A DNA stretch of 64,000 bases from Myxococcales bacterium. GTDB lineage: Bacteria > Myxococcota_A > Polyangia > Polyangiales > DASUME01. Position numbers and translations under genes: made by a program. Below, one piece after another: positions 39,356 to 47,945 of the stretch; position 1 is the stretch's first letter; each line of letters starts with the position of its first letter. Below the pieces are notes generated by a model. It searched no databases and was not told the DNA's origin. It was given only the letters and a program-made list of their open reading frames with translations. Location of the stretch: assembly GCA_047601445.1 (NCBI GenBank), contig JASGJH010000001.1, positions 3,904,001 through 3,968,000 of the forward strand, given 5' to 3'.

Positions 39356-39748
39356 AACCCCTCCCTGGTAAATCCCCCTGAGTTCTAGTGGAAAGACTCA
39401 GGTTCAGCACCCGAAAGGATGAAGAAGACGAACAGCTCCCAAATGGGAACGTCAAGAGCCCCCAGAGCCGGTGAAGCAAGACCTTACGGTTTTCGTTCTT
39501 GTGTCCGTCGCGGAGCATATCCCCTCTGCCGCAATACGACCTGCGCTCTCCGTCACTGCGCGAACCGCCGCATGCAGACTCGCGCGCAGCGCGACCGCAA
39601 ACTTCGCGCGATGCGCGCTGCGGGCGCCGAACGTACGTGCGTTCACCATTCACCACGTCATGATGAGTAGGGACTGGCCGATGTTGGAACCGAAGAAGTC
39701 CTTCGGAAAGCGTCGCGCCAGGGCTGTCATACGGGGGGGAAGTTTTTC

Positions 39749-39958
39749 ATGAAGTACCAAGAGATGTTCGCGTCGACCGAAGAGAGGGCACTCGATTTCG
39801 TGGCCGGTGGGTATGGTGAGAGTTGCGGCTCGCGCTGTGGCGCGCCCGCCGTCTGCGGAGTTCCCACGGCCGAGTCGATCAAGGCATTCGTCTACGCGAG
39901 CCTTTCACACTGCGGATGCCAGTCTTACTCTGCACCCTGCGGCTCTGAAGGCTGCTGA
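39749..39958 (+). CDS. Small Cys-rich peptide with a double-glycine-type leader
   Basis: MKYQEMFASTEERALDFVAGG followed by a 48-aa core with 7 Cys; G-rich run upstream. Confidence 0.6.
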   Translation: MKYQEMFASTEERALDFVAGGYGESCGSRCGAPAVCGVPTAESIKAFVYASLSHCGCQSYSAPCGSEGC

Positions 39959-40137
39959 GCGCGCGAAGCGACACGACTCGAGAAGGGATGGATGACCGCG
40001 GACGCGCGAAAACGGTGCGTCCGCGGTCGTTCATCGTGAACCGGCGGGGTGCCCAGCGCGAGCACGCCGGCCAGGGCTAGCCCGAGCAGCGTACCGGCTC
40101 CCTCCTCGACACGTTCGAGAACGTGGTGGTTCTGCAT
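39925..40137 (-). CDS. Small hypothetical protein
   Basis: ATG preceded by AGGAG; one hydrophobic segment. Confidence 0.45.
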   Translation of the reverse strand: MQNHHVLERVEEGAGTLLGLALAGVLALGTPPVHDERPRTHRFRASAVIHPFSSRVASRAQQPSEPQGAE

Positions 40138-40158
40138 AATTACTCCTGTCCTGTTGCC

Positions 40159-40684
40159 TTATCCTGCGTGCGCGCGGGCTTGTGCGGCGAGCTCGGTGGC
40201 GCGCCCTGGGTGACGCGCGAACCACGCGAGGTCGTCTGCTACCCGCTCGACGAGCGGGACGCGGCGCCCGAGCCAAACTCGACAAAACTCCGCCAGAACG
40301 TCGTCGCCGCTGGCCTCGGCGCTGCGTTGGATGAGCCGCACGAGGTCCACGCCGTGCCGGGCCCCGAGCAGGGTGCCGCGGAAGGATTCGTTCGGCATCG
40401 ATCATGCGATCTCCGACCTTGTCTCGCAGCTCGGAGAACAAGCGGCCTACCGCCGTCCCCGCCCTACTGTGCGGCGTGGCCGACAAGCAGGAGAGCGCCG
40501 GTAGCTGCTCGAGCACCTCCTCGGCGTGCCGGGCCACGGCGAGCAAAGCTCGAGCGGGAGGACTTACCCCGAGCCGCGCCGCCTCCCTGCGGCAGTGGCG
40601 CGCAGCCGATGCCTCTGTCTGAAAGAGCTCGTGCCCCAGGGTCTTGAGGAGTTTGGCGGACGCTTGTGGATCAGGTCGGGTCAC
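40159..40684 (-). CDS. Helical hypothetical protein, frameshifted at about 40388 in this sequence
   Basis: GGGAG then GTG; ELFQTE.SA.RHC.REA..; removing one A gives DAERSFRGTLLGARHGVDLV. Confidence 0.6.
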
Positions 40685-41061
40685 GGTCGCTCCCACGTAA
40701 GCAGCTCGGGGCTTCGCCCTTACCGCAGCATGGTGGACACCCGGGGCGGCCTGGCTAGCGGCTGCGACCTCGAGGCGGCGACCTCGGAGCGCAGAGCTCC
40801 CGCCGCGAAACGCGCTCATGCCGCAAAAGCGGAGGATCCACGCAGGCACGCCCGGGCCCGCACGCCGCGGCCCGGATGAAAACGCGAGCTGGCTCACCGT
40901 CTTCGTGCCCGGGCCCTGGCCGCAACTCACCAGAACTTGGCGGCCACGGCCCTACGCAAACCCGACCGGTCTTCGGTACTTGGAGGTAGGGCTCGACCAC
41001 CCCGTAGCGGGCGCTGGCGGGTCCGGACAGCTCTCCCGAGAGCGTCCCTGAAGGAGACCCG

Positions 41062-42591
41062 ATGTCGAACGCGGCCGTACAGCAAGCCTCCCCGAGCAGC
41101 GCCAAGGCTCTGGACTACGAGGTCATCATCGTGGGCGCAGGCTTCGGTGGCATGGGCGCCGCCATCCAGCTCAAACGCATGGGCATCGACCGCGTGCTGA
41201 TCCTGGACCGCGAGGACGACGTCGGCGGCACCTGGCACATGAACACCTATCCCGGCATCGCCGTGGACATCGCCTCCACCACCTATTGCTACTCGTTCGA
41301 GCCGAACCCGCGTTGGAAGCGCCTGTACGCCAAGGGTGACGAGCTCAAGGCCTACGCCCTCCACGTGGCGCAAAAGTACGACCTACGGCGCTCGATGCGC
41401 TTTCGCTCCACCGTGGAGCGCGCAAGCTACGATGAAGCGGCGCGCACCTGGACGGTGGTGCTCTCGGACGGGCAGAGCTTCAGCGCACGGGTGCTGGTGC
41501 TGGCCACCGGCTTTCTGGCGCAACCCAAGCTTCCCGACATCGCAGGGCTCGCCTCCTTTCGGGGCAAGACCATCCACACGGCGCGCTGGGATCACGACTA
41601 CGATCTGAGCGGCAAGCGTGTGGCGGTCATCGGCACCGGGGCGACCTCGGTGCAGCTCCTGCCGGAGATCGCCACCAAGGTCCAGCAGCTCGACGTGTAC
41701 CAACGCACCCCGATCTGGGTGGTGCCCAAGGTCGACCTGAAGATCCCGGGGGCGGTCCAGGCGCTGTTCGAGAAGCTTCCGCTGGCGCAGCGCATGGTCC
41801 GCTTCACGACCTCGTCCATCCTCGAAGTGATCATGGTGGTGGGCGCCCTCCATTACGGTCAGTTCTGGTTCTTCACGCATATCCTCGAGTGGTTCTGCAG
41901 ACAGTTTCTGGCGTTCCAGGTGCGCGACTCGGCGCTGCAAGAAAAGCTCACGCCGAGCTACAGCTTCGGCTGCAAGCGCCCCACCTTCTCCAACGACTAC
42001 TTTCCCACCTTCACGCGAAAGAACGTGGAGCTCGTCACCGACGGCATCGTGCGCGTAGAGAGCGACGGCATCGTCACTCGCGACGGTCGGAAGCGCGACA
42101 TCGACGTGCTGATCTTGGCCACCGGCTACAAGGTGTGGGAGCGTGGAAACTTCCCCCCCTTCCCGGTGCACGGACGGCAAGGCGTGGAGCTCGGGGATTA
42201 CTGGGAGGAGAACGGCTTCCAGTCCTACGAGGGCATCACGCTGCACGGCTTTCCCAACTTCTTCTACTATGCCAGCCCCTACGCGTTCACCGGGCTCTCC
42301 TACTTCTTCGCCATCGAGGCGCAGATGAGGCACATGGCGCGCGCCCTGGGTGCGATGCAAGAGGCGCGAGCCAACGAGGTCGAGGTGCGTGCGCCGGCCC
42401 AGGCTTCGTTCGTGGCCAGCATGCGCAAACGCCTGCGCAGCACGGTCTTCAGCGCGGGCAACTGCGCCACCTCGAACAGCTACTACTTCAACCAACACGG
42501 CGAGTCCCCCTTGCTGCGTCCCACGCCCACCGCGAGCGCGCTGTGGAGCGCGGGGCACTATCCGATCGAGGACTACGAGTTGAGGTCGTGA
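41062..42591 (+). CDS. Baeyer-Villiger-type flavin monooxygenase
   Basis: GAGFGG, GGTW..NTYPG, FRGKTIHTARW fingerprint, GTGATS. Confidence 0.93.
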   Translation: MSNAAVQQASPSSAKALDYEVIIVGAGFGGMGAAIQLKRMGIDRVLILDREDDVGGTWHMNTYPGIAVDIASTTYCYSFEPNPRWKRLYAKGDELKAYALHVAQKYDLRRSMRFRSTVERASYDEAARTWTVVLSDGQSFSARVLVLATGFLAQPKLPDIAGLASFRGKTIHTARWDHDYDLSGKRVAVIGTGATSVQLLPEIATKVQQLDVYQRTPIWVVPKVDLKIPGAVQALFEKLPLAQRMVRFTTSSILEVIMVVGALHYGQFWFFTHILEWFCRQFLAFQVRDSALQEKLTPSYSFGCKRPTFSNDYFPTFTRKNVELVTDGIVRVESDGIVTRDGRKRDIDVLILATGYKVWERGNFPPFPVHGRQGVELGDYWEENGFQSYEGITLHGFPNFFYYASPYAFTGLSYFFAIEAQMRHMARALGAMQEARANEVEVRAPAQASFVASMRKRLRSTVFSAGNCATSNSYYFNQHGESPLLRPTPTASALWSAGHYPIEDYELRS

Positions 42592-42684
42592 AGGGGGGTT
42601 GAAACCGTACGTTGACCTGGACGCCGCGGCCATTGCGTTGGCCGCGGGCGCGTCCGCGCTCGTCCTAGAGAACGGGGCACAGAC

Positions 42685-42745
42685 GCTCACGCACGCCGTC
42701 GCCATTCAAGTCAAAGTCCACGTCGCCGCCCAGGTCGAGGTCGAC
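42685..42745. repeat. Copy 2 of the dispersed ~60-bp element, between convergent genes
   Basis: 48/61 ungapped identity (hand count) to the reverse complement of 15326..15386; 17-nt exact match to 15445..15461. Confidence 0.7.
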
Positions 42746-42871
42746 GGACAGGCTCCAGATCTCGCACCAACGTTGCTGTTCGTGAGCGCGCTAGCCTCCG
42801 TTCTCCGTCACGGGAGCGTCAACGGCCACACAGGACACGATCACGATCAGAACTGGGGTTTGACCTCCGTT

Positions 42872-43306
42872 CTACGGAAAAGTCATCACCGGGATCTCGC
42901 TCTGCCGCACCACGGCCTGCGACACGCTCCCCACGAGGGCCCGCCGCACGCCTCCTTTGCCCGTGGTGCCGAGGCAGATCAGGTCCGCGCCCGTGCGCTC
43001 CGCTTCGGCCCCGATGAGCCGCTTGGGCTCGCCATCCAGCACGCGGCAGCGCACACGTCCCACTAGCTCGGGAGGCACCAAGCGCGCGAGCTCCTGCTCC
43101 AAGAACGCCATGTAGCGCCGTGATTGCTCGGGGGTCGGCCACGGCACGCCGAGATTCGGCTCCGTGTCACCCAGGTACATCTCCGGGTGCACGTGCAGCA
43201 GGTCGACGGTGCTGCCTTCGCGTCGGGCCAGGCTGAACGCAAACTCCAGCGCGCGCTCGGAAGGCGCCGAGAAGTCATGGGCAACCAGGATGTGCTGATA
43301 CGTCAT
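42872..43306 (-). CDS. Universal stress protein
   Basis: HILVAHDFS, GTTGKGG...VGSVSQAVVR; GGAGG RBS. Confidence 0.92.
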   Translation of the reverse strand: MTYQHILVAHDFSAPSERALEFAFSLARREGSTVDLLHVHPEMYLGDTEPNLGVPWPTPEQSRRYMAFLEQELARLVPPELVGRVRCRVLDGEPKRLIGAEAERTGADLICLGTTGKGGVRRALVGSVSQAVVRQSEIPVMTFP

Positions 43307-43385
43307 CGCGACCTCCAGGCAACCGTTCACGACATCGGCCGTGCTCCGCTCCTGAGCGAAGCGCTGCTCCGAGCGCGAAGGCGCT

Positions 43386-43667
43386 TCAGTTCTGAGGCTC
43401 CACCAGGCGGCGGCGGATGCTCTCCATGGCGCCTTTCACCTCGCGCACGATGGTCGCGCTCTTCTGGCCGATGGTCTCGGCAGGCTCTTGCAGGTGCGCT
43501 CGCGTCCTGCGCAGGTCCTCCTCGATCTGCTGAAAGCGCTTTTCCACACGCTCGAGCTCGTCCTTGAGGTCGGCCTTGGCCAGATGTGCCTTGAGACGCA
43601 GCTCCTCGCGGATCGTGCGCATGGCGTCCAGCTCCTGCGTGAAGTCGAACTTTGCTTTGTCGTCCAT
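43386..43667 (-). CDS. Small coiled-coil protein
   Basis: IREELRLKAHLAKADLKDELERVE; GGAG RBS; sigma54 box upstream. Confidence 0.75.
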   Translation of the reverse strand: MDDKAKFDFTQELDAMRTIREELRLKAHLAKADLKDELERVEKRFQQIEEDLRRTRAHLQEPAETIGQKSATIVREVKGAMESIRRRLVEPQN

Positions 43668-43755
43668 GTTCCGTTCTCCCATTCGTGCGCGGTCTCCCGC
43701 GCGGTGCTCTCTACGGCTCGGTGCGCCCAACTTCGACGTCACGTCGAGATTACTA

Positions 43756-43771
43756 AGCAGCTCGCGTGCCA
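43756..43771 (-). promoter_or_regulatory. Putative sigma54 promoter
   Basis: TGGCACG-CGAG-CTGCT. Confidence 0.6.
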
Positions 43772-43779
43772 TCCGAGGC

Positions 43780-44244
43780 TCATGGCTTGGTGGCCTCGTG
43801 CTCACCGCGCAGATCCACCGGAATCATCGGCACGTCGCTCACGGACGCAACCTGCTCGGCAACGGTCGAGAAGTAGAAGTCTTTGATGCCCTTGCGGGCG
43901 CGAATCCCGAACACCAACAGACCCGGCCTGCTGCTCGCGATGTGATGCTCCAGGGCCTTGGCAGGGCTTCCCTCCAGCAGATGACAGGTGACCCGTGTGC
44001 CGAGCCGCTCCTGAATGCGCTGATGCTCGGCGAGGCACGCGCGCGCCCGCTCCAAGGCGCTGGCCGCGTGCTCGTCGGATCCGCTGGAAGCCCGTTCGAG
44101 CGCAGCAAACGCCGGAAACTCGTACACGTAGACGATGTCCAGCAAGGCGCCGAGTTCTCTGGCGATCGTGCCAGCGGCGCGGATCGTGGCGTCGGACCGG
44201 TGCGACAGGTCGACGGCGCACATGACCTTGGTGATTGGCTCCAT
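43780..44244 (-). CDS. Universal stress protein (divergent)
   Basis: KVMCAVDLS, LLEGSP, STVAEQV..PMIPV. Confidence 0.85.
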   Translation of the reverse strand: MEPITKVMCAVDLSHRSDATIRAAGTIARELGALLDIVYVYEFPAFAALERASSGSDEHAASALERARACLAEHQRIQERLGTRVTCHLLEGSPAKALEHHIASSRPGLLVFGIRARKGIKDFYFSTVAEQVASVSDVPMIPVDLRGEHEATKP

Positions 44245-44257
44245 GCGTCCGACCGAG

Positions 44258-44273
44258 TGCACACGGTGTACCA
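44258..44273 (-). promoter_or_regulatory. Putative sigma54 promoter
   Basis: TGGTACA-CCGT-GTGCA. Confidence 0.45.
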
Positions 44274-44388
44274 GCATGTTGCGGGCGCTCTGCGTGGTCG
44301 GTGAGCGTCAAACCGGTGCTGGCTGGCGAACAACCGTGAAAATCGTGCGTTCGAAGGCTGCGCCGGGCGCTGATTTTGCGCGTGGGGC

Positions 44389-45207
44389 TCAGGCGGAGGC
44401 GCGCACGTGATCGCTGCGACCATTGGGCGCGACGTTGAAGCTCAGCTCCGAGGCTTCGAACGCGAGACGCGCGTACGCGAAGTCCCCCTTCGGAAGGTGC
44501 CACTGAGCCTGTGCGGACGTGGGGATCGGTCGACCTGCGGCCAACTGGTAACCGTCGATGGGCGTGCTCCAGGGAGCGCGCACCAGGGGATGGGCCGGAT
44601 CGTAAGGGTCTTGCAGGAACCGATCGGTCGTCACGAAGGTTCTCGGAGCGCCGTCGGCGTCCACGGTCACCTGTGCGCGCACCGCGTGCGACTCGTTGCG
44701 CAGGCCCACCTCGAAGCGGTCGGCGTCGAGCTGCTTCCAGGTGGTCGCCAGGCCGATCAACATGCTGGGCGCCAGCAGGATGGCGTCGTTGAGAAAAGTG
44801 ACGAGCTCGCCGATCGCGATCTCGGGGCCCTTCTCGTCCACCACGGTGGCCACGTTGAGGGCCTTGCCCTGCATGTGCCCGGAGCCGTGGAGATAGACGT
44901 CGCGCGCGTAAACGGGGAGCACGCCGTAGAACATGATGCGCATGTAGAAGAAGCGCGCGACCTCCAGGGCGTTGTCGTATTGAAAGCACTCCGCTTGCAT
45001 CCACGGCAATTCGGGAGAGGGGCGAAACTGCCCCTTCAGATGAGCCAACACGGACCAATCGCGAGGCCGACCGACCACGCCCATGAAGCGCATGTAGCGC
45101 TGCACGACCTCGGGCATGTTGGCCAGGGCGGACTCGGTGACGGTGGCCTGTTCGAGACCCATGGTTAGTCCTGCATGGCCTACTTCGCGCTCGAATCGGC
45201 GTCTCAT
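44389..45207 (-). CDS. DUF6544-like protein
   Basis: PEVVQRYMRFMGVVGRP, ELVTFLND..LLAPSML, WSTP pattern. Confidence 0.65.
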   Translation of the reverse strand: MRRRFEREVGHAGLTMGLEQATVTESALANMPEVVQRYMRFMGVVGRPRDWSVLAHLKGQFRPSPELPWMQAECFQYDNALEVARFFYMRIMFYGVLPVYARDVYLHGSGHMQGKALNVATVVDEKGPEIAIGELVTFLNDAILLAPSMLIGLATTWKQLDADRFEVGLRNESHAVRAQVTVDADGAPRTFVTTDRFLQDPYDPAHPLVRAPWSTPIDGYQLAAGRPIPTSAQAQWHLPKGDFAYARLAFEASELSFNVAPNGRSDHVRASA

Positions 45208-45629
45208 ACGGGCGTCGCAACGTGGCGGAGGATGTCGTCTTGCGAGACGATGCCGACCAACTCACCGCGTGCCGTGACCACCGGCAGCGCGCCCACCTTC
45301 AGCTCAAGCATGCGGCGTGCAGCTTCCGCGATGGAATCCTCGGGGGCAATGGTGCTCACCTCGACGCGCATGACGTCGCGCACGAAGGTCTGCTCCAGGA
45401 GGCGGCCCTCCAGCGCCTTGAGTGCGGGGCTTCGCTCCGGTCCCCCCACGGCGTTGCGCAACAGATCGCGCTGGCTGAGGATGCCTACGAGCCGTGTGCC
45501 GTCGACCACGGGCAAGTGCCGAAAACGAAAATGCTCGAGATTCTGCGCGACCTTGTGGAGGTTATCCTCCTCGAACACCGAGACCACGTTGCGCGTCATG
45601 ATCTGGGATACATTGGCTTGGCCGTCCAT
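45204..45629 (-). CDS. CBS domain pair protein
   Basis: VSQIMT, RHLPVVD..LVGILSQRD, VRDVM, GALPVV..LVGIVS. Confidence 0.93.
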   Translation of the reverse strand: MDGQANVSQIMTRNVVSVFEEDNLHKVAQNLEHFRFRHLPVVDGTRLVGILSQRDLLRNAVGGPERSPALKALEGRLLEQTFVRDVMRVEVSTIAPEDSIAEAARRMLELKVGALPVVTARGELVGIVSQDDILRHVATPV

Positions 45630-45690
45630 GTTGCCTCCTCGTGCGCGTCCCCCGCTCTGGCGGGGGCTGTCCGGTTATCCCAGGACGTGG

Positions 45691-45706
45691 TGCAAAGCCC
45701 GGACCA
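45691..45706 (-). promoter_or_regulatory. Putative sigma54 promoter
   Basis: TGGTCCG-GGCT-TTGCA. Confidence 0.55.
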
Positions 45707-45794
45707 GCGGCTCGTCTGTCGGATGACTTCGCAACCGGACGCTCCATGGCTCACACACCGACGCAAGGCTTGCGCTGAGCGCATGTTTTGCGAC

Positions 45795-46571
45795 TCATCC
45801 GAGGTCCACGCCGAGACGTCGCGCGAGCTCGAGCTCGATCAGCTCATGGAGGGCCCCTTCCACCTCGCGCCGCATGGCTCGCACCAGGGGAAACTCGTGG
45901 ACCGAGGCTGCCTCACCGCGCGGCGCGATGGGCTCGCCAAACACGAAACGCATGCGGACCAAGCGCGGGATCGGCAAGATCCTGGCTGGCAAGGGGATTG
46001 GGATGCCGCCCCGGCGCAGCCAGCGCGAGCCGCGCGAATAGGCGTCTCCCACGAAATCGAACAGCTCGTCGGTTCCGATGGACGCGAGGGGAACGACGGG
46101 TGCCTGATTGCGCAGGGCCGCCCGGATAAATCCGTAGCGTTGGCCCCACAGGAACTGATAGCGCAGTTCACGGGGCTTCACGGCCTCGCGCAGACCGCCC
46201 GGCAACACGAGCACGAGCTCATCACGCTGCAGCAGACGATCGACGTTGTCGGGGGTTCCGTCCACCGTGCCGGCCGAGGCCGCGAGCCAGCGCAGGAACG
46301 GAACCTTCCACCAGAGGTGCTCTCCCAGCACCCAGAGTGGGCGCCGCAGGTCCCGCCAGACCGCCGCCATGGCGAACAAGACGTCCCAACCGAACGCGTG
46401 ATTGGCCACGATCAAGCCACGCCCCTTGGGTAGCTGATCGATGCCGGCGACCTCGACCTTCAACTGAGCGCCGAGCAGGTTCACCGCGGAAAACAGGCGG
46501 TCCGCGCGCTCCTCGTCGAAGACCGAAGGGAAGTCCTTGTACTCCTCACGAAAGCCATCGATCGCGCGCAT
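45795..46571 (-). CDS. Lysophospholipid/diacylglycerol acyltransferase family protein
   Basis: VANHAFGWD (HX4D), LPGG.RE, GFIRAAL...PVVP, FGEPI. Confidence 0.85.
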   Translation of the reverse strand: MRAIDGFREEYKDFPSVFDEERADRLFSAVNLLGAQLKVEVAGIDQLPKGRGLIVANHAFGWDVLFAMAAVWRDLRRPLWVLGEHLWWKVPFLRWLAASAGTVDGTPDNVDRLLQRDELVLVLPGGLREAVKPRELRYQFLWGQRYGFIRAALRNQAPVVPLASIGTDELFDFVGDAYSRGSRWLRRGGIPIPLPARILPIPRLVRMRFVFGEPIAPRGEAASVHEFPLVRAMRREVEGALHELIELELARRLGVDLG

Positions 46572-46647
46572 GCAACTCGCCGTCGCAAAGGACGGGCCAG
46601 AACGCGCCGCAGTATTCGCAGGCGGCCGTTGCGCGCGGCTCGAGACG

Positions 46648-47151
46648 CTAGGCAGGCCCCTGCGAACTCTCGCCGGCTGCAATCTCGTCGGTGCGCTCGC
46701 CGGCCCGGCTCGGCACGACCAGCACGGGCACGAGGCTGTCGCGCAGCACCCGCTCCGACACGCTCCCCAACAGGACACGCTGCATGGCCCCTTTTCCGGT
46801 GGCCCCCAGGCACAGCAGGTCCGCGCCGATTTCGTTCGCGCACGCCGAAATCTGCGCGGCCGGCTCTCCGCGGCGAACCAGGTAACGCACGCGCTCGCCG
46901 GCGGTGGGATCCACCGTGTGCACGAAGCGCTGGAGCTCGAGCTCCAGGAAGCGCAGATAGCGCTCGGTTTGCCCCTCTTGGGCGCCGGTGAGCCCGGCCT
47001 CCATATCGGCCCGCCCGCCGTAGGGCTCCGAGTGCACGTAGACCACGGAGACTCGTGCTTCCAGGGCGGCCCCGAGCTTGAGGCCGAGCCGCACGGCCCG
47101 GCGGGCAGGTTCGGAGAAATCGCAGGCAACCATCAGCTCTCGCACACTCAT
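46648..47151 (-). CDS. Universal stress protein
   Basis: LMVACDFS, GATGKG...LGSVSERVLR; similar to 42872..43306. Confidence 0.92.
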   Translation of the reverse strand: MSVRELMVACDFSEPARRAVRLGLKLGAALEARVSVVYVHSEPYGGRADMEAGLTGAQEGQTERYLRFLELELQRFVHTVDPTAGERVRYLVRRGEPAAQISACANEIGADLLCLGATGKGAMQRVLLGSVSERVLRDSLVPVLVVPSRAGERTDEIAAGESSQGPA

Positions 47152-47197
47152 ATCCTCCGCTCATTTTGGCCGTCGTGCAGCCTGAGCCCTTGACTGG

Positions 47198-47213
47198 AGC
47201 AAGCCCTGGACCA
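47198..47213 (-). promoter_or_regulatory. Putative sigma54 promoter (left of a divergent pair)
   Basis: TGGTCCA-GGGC-TTGCT. Confidence 0.55.
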
Positions 47214-47392
47214 GGCACGCAGGCCATGGCGCAGCCGCGCCCAGGCGGGCCGCGCGGAACCTCCGCAAGCCCCGCACGCGCACCGAGTCCTCAGGTAAGC
47301 GCCAGTGCGGGCGGCGCAGGCTTTTCGCTGCTCTGACGGGGCCGTCGCAAATCTTGCGCCGAGCCAAGCGCCCAACCCGGACGCGCAGCAGC

Positions 47393-47408
47393 TGGCACGA
47401 GCGCTGCT
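47393..47408 (+). promoter_or_regulatory. Putative sigma54 promoter (right of a divergent pair)
   Basis: TGGCACG-AGCG-CTGCT. Confidence 0.6.
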
Positions 47409-47438
47409 TGGGTTGGCATCGTCAAGGAGTGAAACAAG

Positions 47439-47894
47439 ATGAATGCGTCCGCTGGTACTGCAGACGACACCGCTCGAGAGCCCACCAGTGAGACGACGGC
47501 GGAGGCGCTGTTTGGCCAATTCGAGGTCGCCCTGGCCGACGCACGCAGCGCCCTCAAGCACATGGCGTTGCTGTGCTCGTTTCGTGGGCCGGCCTCCTAC
47601 GGTGCGATGACCAGCGCCGTCGAGGCATGCGTGCGCGCCCTGACGCACTATCACGCGGTGGCGCAGCACGAGATCGATGCCGAGGTGGTGCATCTACGCT
47701 TCGGCGCAGTCTTGGCAAAGCATTTTCACGCGAGCGCGCTGCGCCAGGCCGACGAACTCGACCGACTCTACCTGGCGCTCCGCGCTGCACGGAGCTGGCA
47801 AGAGCACAGTCGCGCAGTGTTCATGACCGCGCTCGTGCTGTCGGCCGAGCTCGATGCTCACGCCAGTGATCTGCGACGCGTGCTGGAACGCTGA
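47439..47894 (+). CDS. Hypothetical His-rich helical protein
   Basis: AAGGAG upstream; 151 aa. Confidence 0.65.
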   Translation: MNASAGTADDTAREPTSETTAEALFGQFEVALADARSALKHMALLCSFRGPASYGAMTSAVEACVRALTHYHAVAQHEIDAEVVHLRFGAVLAKHFHASALRQADELDRLYLALRAARSWQEHSRAVFMTALVLSAELDAHASDLRRVLER

Positions 47895-47916
47895 GCAGGC
47901 GAGAGCCGAGCGCGGC

Positions 47917-47932
47917 TGGCCCACGGCTTGCA
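47917..47932 (+). promoter_or_regulatory. Putative sigma54 promoter of the LOG-cco operon
   Basis: TGGCCCA-CGGC-TTGCA. Confidence 0.6.
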
Positions 47933-47945
47933 CTGGTGCTCGTCG

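Noticed and set aside
40685..41061. GC-rich stems in the divergent intergenic region before the monooxygenase
   Set aside because: Short GC stems are expected by chance at this composition; no repeat or known motif
42599..43066. 155-aa ORF sharing an LTH.V...VKVH peptide with ORF 14537..15391
   Set aside because: Both overlap real genes on the opposite strand; the similarity is the translation of the non-coding repeat element
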